From an uncultured Clostridia bacterium (GTDB taxonomy: Bacteria > Bacillota > Limnochordia > Darwinibacteriales > DTU012): DNA of 64,000 bases. The notes under the pieces were generated by a model. That model saw only the letters and a list, made by a program, of their open reading frames with translations. It searched no databases and was not told the DNA's origin. The stretch lies in NCBI GenBank assembly GCA_900019385.1, contig FIZJ01000003.1:42744-106743 (forward strand). The letters are read 5' to 3'. Position 1 is the stretch's first letter, and each line of letters starts with the position of its first letter. This document shows, piece by piece, positions 56,975-64,000 of the stretch. The position numbers were made by a program, and so were the translations under genes.

Positions 56975-58135
56975 TTATCGGTATGAGCCAAAGGAGTTGT
57001 TGCGGCTGCCGGGTGTCGGAAGCGGCAGATACCAAAGCTCCCAATTCCCGTCAGGCAGGCGGCCGTAGGCAACATCACGGGCGATAGGCACAGCAGGCAG
57101 AAAATCCACCATTTCTCCGCTTGGGTCAGATAGAATGATCGGCTCCCCGGCTGCATTGATGCTGAAATTGGTGTGCAGTTCGTCCAAGGTGGATGTGTCT
57201 TTGCCCGAAGCGAAGACAAGAAAGTAACCTTTGGCCTCGATCACTGTCCCTTGAGGGAACTGCCACTTCATAGGCTCTGATTCATTGTCGCTCAAATAAT
57301 ATCCTGACAGATCCACCAGGTGGGAATGGGGGTTGTAGATCTCAATCCAATCAGGGCTGTCGCCCTGCCGATCCCTAAGCACTCCCCCATTGGAAGACAT
57401 CACTTCGTTGATGTACACCAGCCGCTCCCGGACAGTGGGAAGGTTGTAAGGCTCCCTGATTGACACCCGGTCCCAATACGGCCTGACTCCGGCATAGTCA
57501 TCACGGTGCGGATCGGCGTACAGAGGGTTGTCCCTGATATCCACTTCTGCTTCGATCCTAAGCTGCGGAACATCCTGCAGCGCTCCCTGTTCCATCAGTT
57601 CTCCCAGCACTGTCAGATCCGTCACCCCGGTGTTTCGGATGTTCAACCGCCTCAGCTGTGTCAACCCCCGCAGTACGGTAATCTGATCCCCAACCGGCAC
57701 ATTGCGCATGATCAGTGTTTCCAGATTGACGAAATTGGCAAGCACTGAAATATCTGTCACCGGAGTCGAATGCAGATTTAGGTAACGCAGCCCTGTCAGA
57801 TTCCTAATCGGGTTCAAATCGGCCACCGCTGTTTCCCTTAAGTTCAGGCTCTGAAGCTTGGTCAAGCCCTCAAGCGGTGTCAAGTCCCTAACAGGATTGC
57901 CTCTTAAGTCAAGAGACTCTAGATTTGTCAGCTGCTCAAGGCCGGACAATGATGTAACGCCAAGATAGCTCAAATCCAAACTGGTAATCCTGGAAAGATC
58001 CTCGCCCGCCCGGATTCTGGCCAGTTCCAACTTTACCGCCATCTCCAGCACGGGATCGGCAAATGCCAGGCACACACCGCAAAAGCAAGCTGCGGCTAAC
58101 AACAAAGCAATGATCATGACTGCTGTTTTCTTCAC
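56975..58135 (-). CDS. secreted leucine-rich repeat (internalin-like) plus lamin-tail-domain protein
   Basis: Signal peptide; about six 22-aa LxxLxxLxLxxNxxxDLxPL repeats; INEVMSSN..DWIEIYN..DLSGYYLSD..HTNF LTD. Confidence 0.85.
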   Translation of the reverse strand: MKKTAVMIIALLLAAACFCGVCLAFADPVLEMAVKLELARIRAGEDLSRITSLDLSYLGVTSLSGLEQLTNLESLDLRGNPVRDLTPLEGLTKLQSLNLRETAVADLNPIRNLTGLRYLNLHSTPVTDISVLANFVNLETLIMRNVPVGDQITVLRGLTQLRRLNIRNTGVTDLTVLGELMEQGALQDVPQLRIEAEVDIRDNPLYADPHRDDYAGVRPYWDRVSIREPYNLPTVRERLVYINEVMSSNGGVLRDRQGDSPDWIEIYNPHSHLVDLSGYYLSDNESEPMKWQFPQGTVIEAKGYFLVFASGKDTSTLDELHTNFSINAAGEPIILSDPSGEMVDFLPAVPIARDVAYGRLPDGNWELWYLPLPTPGSRNNSFGSYR

Positions 58136-58150
58136 AGTGACTCCTCCTCG

Positions 58151-58939
58151 TCAGACTCTATGCATTGGTGCTGATCCTAACTTATCCAAGCCAATCTTCC
58201 CGCCAGCAAGCGCACCAACAGGCATGCGCAGCAATCCAGCACAGCCTGCCGCCACGTCAGGCCTGCTTAAGGCTATGCTCTGCACGTACTTGCTGTTCGC
58301 CACCCATTTAAGCCCATGCTCCCTGACACATTGGCTGAGCCAGCGCGGTTGTTTACCGCTGCACTTGATCTCCAACAGCGCTCCCTTGCCGTAGTGGACT
58401 CTAAAAGACGGTGCTCTGGGGAACAGTTCGGCAGCTGCGGCGCTGCGGATCTCCCGGTCAATCGTAATCCGCAGATTGGCCGCATGGCTTGACCGCAGCC
58501 CTTCCCGCTCATACTCGATAATCACTTTCGGTTTGAGGGCAAGCAGGTGCAGCAGACGCTCAAACTCGATCAAAACCGGGCTGTCGTTGGCAGGGAAATG
58601 CCTGGTTTCCATAAACGTGCAGTACCAGTCATAGGAGATAAAGGCACTGTACTTTACCGACAAGTCGCCGGACTTAGTCTTAAGCTCCACCGAAAGGGGA
58701 TCGGCGGGAATCGGGCTGTACGACCGGATCCGCAGTTTGACGCGGTTGAGGAACCCGTCTCGGTTTTCATAGAAACTATGGTAATCGTCCGTGTCAAAGT
58801 ACAGGCTGCGGACAAAATAAGGCTGTTCTTTGGAGTAATAGTCCCGGTCGAGGCCGCTGGCCAGAATCTGGCTTCGCACTTGATACACCTGCGGTGTCTC
58901 CAGCCTGTATTTGTGTTCATACCTTTGCGTTATACGCAC
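58151..58939 (-). CDS. VTC / polyphosphate polymerase domain protein (CYTH-like)
   Basis: RYEHKY, VRSLYFDT, KLRIRSY, YERE, RITID, LEIK and SKY. Confidence 0.88.
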   Translation of the reverse strand: MRITQRYEHKYRLETPQVYQVRSQILASGLDRDYYSKEQPYFVRSLYFDTDDYHSFYENRDGFLNRVKLRIRSYSPIPADPLSVELKTKSGDLSVKYSAFISYDWYCTFMETRHFPANDSPVLIEFERLLHLLALKPKVIIEYEREGLRSSHAANLRITIDREIRSAAAAELFPRAPSFRVHYGKGALLEIKCSGKQPRWLSQCVREHGLKWVANSKYVQSIALSRPDVAAGCAGLLRMPVGALAGGKIGLDKLGSAPMHRV

Positions 58940-58965
58940 GAACCCTCATCCTTTGGTATGTATTG

Positions 58966-59646
58966 CTAAAGCGGCAGTACCAGCTGAGGCGCCAGAATCG
59001 ACACGGAGGTCAACTGATCAAGCTCGCCGGCAGCGCTTGCCAGGCGGTCGATCACTTCCGGGCTGGCTTTGGCCAATTTCAACTCGATGATGCGTTCCCA
59101 CTCTTCTCCCTTCACTTCATGGGATCGCAGGTAGGCCTCGATTCCAAACCCAGCGATCAACTGATCCATTTCGGCAGCAGGATAAGGGCCGCTGCCTTTG
59201 ACAATCAGGACATATTCCGCCTTCTTGGGGATGCCGTAATTGGCCAGATGCATGATAACAAACATCACGGCGATCATCACACTGGCAATGATCACGATCC
59301 CAAGATTGTTGGTGCCTGCCCCCAGGCCTGCTGTAATCGACCAAAACAAAAACACCATGTCCCGGGAATCCTTGATGGGGGTGCGGAACCGAATGATGGA
59401 AAGGGACCCCACCAGCCCCAGCGACAGCACCAGATTGCCTTGAATGAAAAACATCACGCAGGCGACTACCGGCGCGATTGCCACCAAGGTGGAGACAAAA
59501 GCCGCTTCATAGCTCAGCCCGCGATGCGTGTACTTGTACACAAAAGCAATGCCCAAGCCAAGCATGATCGACAGCAGCACACCGATTACGAACCTGCTCA
59601 GCAGATCAGGCGAAACCGTGATCAGTTCCATAAATGCCTGCCACAT
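58966..59646 (-). CDS. DUF4956 membrane protein
   Basis: NLVLSLGLVGSLSIIRFRTPIKD motif; adjacent to a VTC gene. Confidence 0.88.
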   Translation of the reverse strand: MWQAFMELITVSPDLLSRFVIGVLLSIMLGLGIAFVYKYTHRGLSYEAAFVSTLVAIAPVVACVMFFIQGNLVLSLGLVGSLSIIRFRTPIKDSRDMVFLFWSITAGLGAGTNNLGIVIIASVMIAVMFVIMHLANYGIPKKAEYVLIVKGSGPYPAAEMDQLIAGFGIEAYLRSHEVKGEEWERIIELKLAKASPEVIDRLASAAGELDQLTSVSILAPQLVLPL

Positions 59647-59718
59647 TTAAATACCACCTCTTATGATTGTTCACTGGTATACTTCGTGTAAAGATGCAAA
59701 ATTCCTTGTCATAAGAAA

Positions 59719-59740
59719 AGCCCTGCCTCGCGACAGGGCT
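59719..59740 (-). terminator. terminator hairpin after SBP paralog 1
   Basis: AAGCCCTG-N6-CAGGGCTT with a U-tract on the minus strand. Confidence 0.6.
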
Positions 59741-59758
59741 TATCTTCAACGCTCTTTT

Positions 59759-61069
59759 TTATTGGGCGAAAAGATCATCCAAGAATGCCTGCGCCTGCTG
59801 GGCAATCTCGTCGGTTGCCTGGGCGGCACCCTTTTCGTTGTTGATGATCTGGTTGACTGCTTCATCAGTGATATCCCACAATCCGGACCATTGGAAGATG
59901 TCTCCCTCGCCTCTCCAGTTCTCGGCGCAGGCGATGTAGACTTCCATATGCTCTCTGCTTCTCATGTAACTGTTGATATAGAAGTCGAGGTATGCATCGC
60001 CATCGCCCTCTCTGAACAGGAAATCGGCCAAAGCGATCAGCTTCTCAGGCTCGGCTGCGTTCACCGGCAGGAAGTTGGCTGCAAAGTCGAATGTGGGCTG
60101 CTGATTGGTTTCAACGTGCGGCCCCTTGGCCTGCGGCACATAGCCAACGTTCACACCAGCGTTGATCGCATGGCGCGCACCGGCCAAGTGAGTGTGCGGC
60201 ACGATGGCCACTTTGCCGGTCAAGAAATCGCCGTTGCCCATGATCTTCAGCTCATTGCGCCAGCGGTTGACCATGTTGAGAGCATAGACTGCGTTGGCGT
60301 CATTGAGTGTGTAGATCCACTTGCCTTCCTCATTCTGCTTGGCAAGTTCGGCCCCGTTGGACGGCAGGAAGCGGTAAACTGCCGCCGGGTTGGGCAAATC
60401 GCCGATGCCCCATTGATCGATTACACCGTCACCGTCAGTATCCTGGGTCAAAGCGATTCCATATTCCTCGAGAGCGTCGTAAGTCCAGCGCCCTTCTTGC
60501 CAAAGGACATACGGATCTTCCAGGCCTGCTGCTTCAATCAGGTCTTTGTTGTACATGGTGATCATCATGGAACCATTGAAGGTGTCATAAGTCACACCAA
60601 AACCGTACAGCTTGCCGCGGAATTGCAGCTTTTCAATGGAATAACGGTCGGCTGTCGGCAGAGACTCGAAGTACTCCGGCGGCAGAATGTCGCTGACGGG
60701 ATACAGCATACCCTGGGTCACCAGTGGGAAGTACCCGCCGCGGTGCTCGAAGCGGAGGATATCATATGTTGAGTCGCCCGCCAGAATCCTGGCGATCATA
60801 GCGTTGGCGCCGCCAGTGGCACCTACCTCGATTTTGCAGTTGAAGAGCGCCTCTGCTTCAGCGATTCTTTCTTCCAGCGGTTTGCCGCCGTTGTACACTA
60901 CCCAGTTGAGATCCCCAACGAGGATGTTGACGGTCTTGCCGCCGAAATCAACCTGATCCGGGCTGAGCACGCCTGGGCGGGGAGTGTACGCCAAACCGCT
61001 GCTGCCGAGAACAGCGAACAGGCTTGCTATCACCGAAAACAACACAATTGCCTTCAGTTTTCTGTTCAT
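59759..61069 (-). CDS. carbohydrate ABC solute-binding protein, paralog 1
   Basis: Signal peptide, DFGGKTV, YNKDLIE..GLEDPY and DTDGDGVIDQWG. Confidence 0.85.
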   Translation of the reverse strand: MNRKLKAIVLFSVIASLFAVLGSSGLAYTPRPGVLSPDQVDFGGKTVNILVGDLNWVVYNGGKPLEERIAEAEALFNCKIEVGATGGANAMIARILAGDSTYDILRFEHRGGYFPLVTQGMLYPVSDILPPEYFESLPTADRYSIEKLQFRGKLYGFGVTYDTFNGSMMITMYNKDLIEAAGLEDPYVLWQEGRWTYDALEEYGIALTQDTDGDGVIDQWGIGDLPNPAAVYRFLPSNGAELAKQNEEGKWIYTLNDANAVYALNMVNRWRNELKIMGNGDFLTGKVAIVPHTHLAGARHAINAGVNVGYVPQAKGPHVETNQQPTFDFAANFLPVNAAEPEKLIALADFLFREGDGDAYLDFYINSYMRSREHMEVYIACAENWRGEGDIFQWSGLWDITDEAVNQIINNEKGAAQATDEIAQQAQAFLDDLFAQ

Positions 61070-61232
61070 GTACTCTCCTCCTTGTTTTGTTTAACTACAA
61101 CAACGGAAAATGGTTGGCTGATCCACCTCCCCCTTTTGAGATTTATTAATAAACATAATTCTCTATTCTCACATGATACATATTATTTGCGGTTTTACGC
61201 ACATTTCCTTCTGGCGGCACACAATTAGCGCT

Positions 61233-62540
61233 TCACTGCTTGAACAAGTCGTCCAACAAGGCTTGAATCGCCGGCGCTATTTCATCCATCGCTTGAGCGG
61301 CACCTTTGGTTCCCTGAATCACCGAGTGAATCGCTGCCTGAGCTTGTGACCAGAACATATCCTGGAATGGGTCGCCTTCGCCCTGCCAGTTTTCAATACC
61401 CGCTTCATAGACACGGAAGTGCTTTTCATCCTTCATATAAGCGTTGATGTAATACTCCAGATAATCGTAACCGTCTTCTTCCCTGAACAGGAACTCGGTC
61501 AGAGCAATCAATCCTTCCGGATACGCGCTGTTCACAGGCAGCATGTTCATGGCGAAGTCAAAGACGGGATAACGGTATACTCCTGGAACCGAACTAGGAA
61601 TCGGCACCATGCCCCAGTTGATTGTATAGTTGCGGGCACCGGCCAAATGATTGTGGGTATTGAACAAAGCTGTGCCGCCGTTGAGACTGCCCCCTGCCAC
61701 CTTGAGGTCATAACGCCACTTGGCGATTATAGACAGGATCTCCAACGCTTCCGGCTGATCATAAGCAAAGACCCATTTTCCGTCACTGTCCGGTTTGGCC
61801 AGTTCGGCCCCGTTGGCGCCTGCGATCCGGAAAACGCGGTTGCTGTGGCTGATGCTTCCCTCTTCAATCCCGAACTGATCTGGCACCCCGTCCCCCGTAA
61901 GATCCCTGGTGGCCGCCATGGCCAGCTCGGTCATGGCATCAAGGCTCCATTCTCCGGCCAGGTACAGATCATATGGATCCGGCAGGCCTTCCCGCTCAAT
62001 GATGTCCCGATTATAGAAAGTGAACATCATGGTGGAGTTGAACAGTCCGTAGACAATGCCGAAGCCGTAAAACTTGTTCTGATACTGCAGCTTCTCGATG
62101 CAGAACCGATCAGCGTTGGGCAATGTTTCATAATACTCTGCCGGCAGGATGTCGCTGATCGGCAGCAGCATGTTCGCTGAAACCAATGAATAATAGCCAT
62201 AACGGTGCGGCATGCGGATGATATCCAGCGTCGAATCCCCCGCCAGAATTCTTGCGGTTATGGTATCAGCGACACCGGATGTGCCCAGGCTTTGCGTGGC
62301 AATTTTGACATTGAACAGTGCCTCTGCCTCAGCTATGCGGTCCTCGCTGGGAAACCCGCCGTTAGGCCCGGTATATCCCAAGTCGCCAACCAAAATCGTG
62401 ACTGTCTTGCCCCCAAAATCCACCTGTTCCGGGCTGAGCACCCCAGGGCGGGGAGTGTAATCCTGGGCAAGGGCGGTTTGAACGAACAACAAAGATACAG
62501 CCAACGTCAACAAAAACAAACGCTTTAGATTCACGGTCAA
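61233..62540 (-). CDS. carbohydrate ABC solute-binding protein, paralog 2
   Basis: Signal peptide, DFGGKTV, YNRDIIE..GLPDPY and DLTGDGVPDQFG. Confidence 0.85.
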   Translation of the reverse strand: MTVNLKRLFLLTLAVSLLFVQTALAQDYTPRPGVLSPEQVDFGGKTVTILVGDLGYTGPNGGFPSEDRIAEAEALFNVKIATQSLGTSGVADTITARILAGDSTLDIIRMPHRYGYYSLVSANMLLPISDILPAEYYETLPNADRFCIEKLQYQNKFYGFGIVYGLFNSTMMFTFYNRDIIEREGLPDPYDLYLAGEWSLDAMTELAMAATRDLTGDGVPDQFGIEEGSISHSNRVFRIAGANGAELAKPDSDGKWVFAYDQPEALEILSIIAKWRYDLKVAGGSLNGGTALFNTHNHLAGARNYTINWGMVPIPSSVPGVYRYPVFDFAMNMLPVNSAYPEGLIALTEFLFREEDGYDYLEYYINAYMKDEKHFRVYEAGIENWQGEGDPFQDMFWSQAQAAIHSVIQGTKGAAQAMDEIAPAIQALLDDLFKQ

Positions 62541-62562
62541 TCTCTCCCTGTGGATTTATACT

Positions 62563-62597
62563 GAGAAAGCCAGTCCTATTACAGAACTGGCTTTCTC
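62563..62597. terminator. intercistronic hairpin
   Basis: GAGAAAGCCAGT-N11-ACTGGCTTTCTC. Confidence 0.6.
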
Positions 62598-62616
62598 CAG
62601 AACCATAATCAGGCGC

Positions 62617-63891
62617 TTATTGCTTGAACAGGTCATCCAGCTGGGCCTGGATTACGGTGGCTATCTCATCCATGGCCGCAGCCGCGCCTTTCTGGCCGCT
62701 GATCACTTGGGACAGCGGTGAGCTGATGTTATCCCAAATCGCGGTGTACTGGAACGGGTCACCTTCGCCGCGCCAGTTCTCCACAGCCTCCATGTACATC
62801 CTGAAGTGCTGCTCGTCGTTCATGTAGTCATTGATAAACTGATCCAAGGTAGCCTCCCTGAGACCCGGACGATACAAGAAGTTGGCCAGGGCGATCAGCC
62901 CCTCTGGATCTTCCGCGTTGACAGGCAGTGTCATCATCCAGAAAGAGAATGTCGGATAGTAATGGCGATCAGCATGCGGGCCTCTGGGCATGGGCACCAG
63001 GCCGTAGTTGATCCCTGCGGCTTTGGCATGGCGGATGCCAGCCAGATGGGTGTGAACGATGAAGCCCACTTTGCCGGCGTTGAAGTCTCCCGAGCCCATT
63101 ATGCCTTTCTCTCTCCAGCGAATGACAGTGTTGATGGCTTCGATGGCCGCTTCAGTATTGTAGGTGAAGACCCATTTGCCGTCGATTTGGGCGGCTGTTT
63201 CCACACCGTTGGAGTGGGCGAAACGAATGACATCCTCCCATCTGGAGATGTCGGTCATGCCTCTTTGATCGATGATGCCGTCGCCGTCGGTGTCCTGCGA
63301 AATGACAGTCGCCAGTTCCTCAAGCATATCATAGGTCCACTCACCAGCCAGGTACAGCTCCCACGGATCGGGTAAGCCGTACTGCTCGAGCAGATCCCTG
63401 TTGTAGCCTGTAATCATCATCGAGTCGTTGAACACATCATCATGAATACCAATGCCATAACGATTGCCTTGATACTTCAGCTTCTCGATGGTATACCGAT
63501 CTACATTGGGCAGCCATTCAAAGAATTCATCAGGCAGGAGATCGTCGACCGGCAGGAGCATCCCTGCGGAAACCAAAGCGAAATACCCTTCGCGATGGGG
63601 GGTCCGGAGAATGTCATACTTGGAGTCCCCAGCCATGATCCTGGCCATGATCTGATCGGCGCTTTCCAACCGCAGTGTTTCCAGTTCGACGTTGAACAGT
63701 TGCTTGGCGAGTTCCACACGCTCGTCATCAGCAGGCAGCGCACCGCGGATGATTGTCACTGTTTTTCCGCCAAAATCGACTTCATCCGGTGACTTGACTC
63801 CTGGCGGCACCTCATAATCGTCAGCGTAGGCCGCCGCCGCCATGATCAACACCAAGGCCACCGCAACCAGCATCACTCTCAGCCTTTTCAT
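62617..63891 (-). CDS. carbohydrate ABC solute-binding protein, paralog 3
   Basis: Signal peptide, DFGGKTV, YNRDLLE..GLPDPW and DTDGDGIIDQRG. Confidence 0.85.
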   Translation of the reverse strand: MKRLRVMLVAVALVLIMAAAAYADDYEVPPGVKSPDEVDFGGKTVTIIRGALPADDERVELAKQLFNVELETLRLESADQIMARIMAGDSKYDILRTPHREGYFALVSAGMLLPVDDLLPDEFFEWLPNVDRYTIEKLKYQGNRYGIGIHDDVFNDSMMITGYNRDLLEQYGLPDPWELYLAGEWTYDMLEELATVISQDTDGDGIIDQRGMTDISRWEDVIRFAHSNGVETAAQIDGKWVFTYNTEAAIEAINTVIRWREKGIMGSGDFNAGKVGFIVHTHLAGIRHAKAAGINYGLVPMPRGPHADRHYYPTFSFWMMTLPVNAEDPEGLIALANFLYRPGLREATLDQFINDYMNDEQHFRMYMEAVENWRGEGDPFQYTAIWDNISSPLSQVISGQKGAAAAMDEIATVIQAQLDDLFKQ

Positions 63892-64000
63892 GATATTCCT
63901 CCTCTGTTGTTTTTAAGTATGACACGATATGATTACTGCGGGTAACGGATTAGAGCCTCTACCTATCACCCCCTCCGATGACCGGCAAGCCGCTTCCTCA

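Noticed and set aside
57640..58000. 66-bp periodicity as a DNA repeat array
   Set aside because: Explained by 22-aa leucine-rich repeats in the coding sequence
61070..61232. AT-rich spacer between SBP paralogs as an operator or ncRNA
   Set aside because: No convincing palindrome or conserved structure that I can support by eye

Overview
Core-genome window (~55% GC by eye, almost all on the minus strand) from an endospore-forming Firmicute. From 1 to 40 kb it carries the conserved sporulation/housekeeping block, read right to left: sigK, yqeG-yqeH-aroK-aroQ-pepP-efp, spoIIIAA-AH, accB-accC, asp23-amaP-nusB, a TsaD/Kae1 paralog, xseA-xseB-ispA, oapA-dxs-tlyA-nadK-argR-recN-spoIVB-spo0A, a steA-steB-GT2-MraY-like cluster, a DinG-family helicase, two polysaccharide deacetylases, ylmC, dapB and spoVFA-spoVFB-asd. 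The main non-coding feature is a ~625-nt OLE RNA gene (21497-22121, minus strand) in the apparently empty ispA-oapA gap. It has its own sigma-A promoter, a visible terminal stem, and its partner gene oapA directly downstream. From 40 to 64 kb the window is metabolic and accessory: a sugar ABC system with a 1026-aa binding protein, patatin, three M42 peptidases, a Na+-pumping decarboxylase, an ECF S component plus DUF4430, an SDR plus a LarA-family epimerase, aroF, a DUF4956-VTC-LRR/LTD module, and three paralogous non-lipoprotein sugar-binding proteins that hint at a diderm envelope. Several sigma-H, -E, -K and -F type promoters and one SOS-box-overlapped promoter are readable. No tRNA, rRNA, CRISPR array, transposase or prophage was seen. 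All calls come from reading motifs and synteny by eye; no database searches were run.
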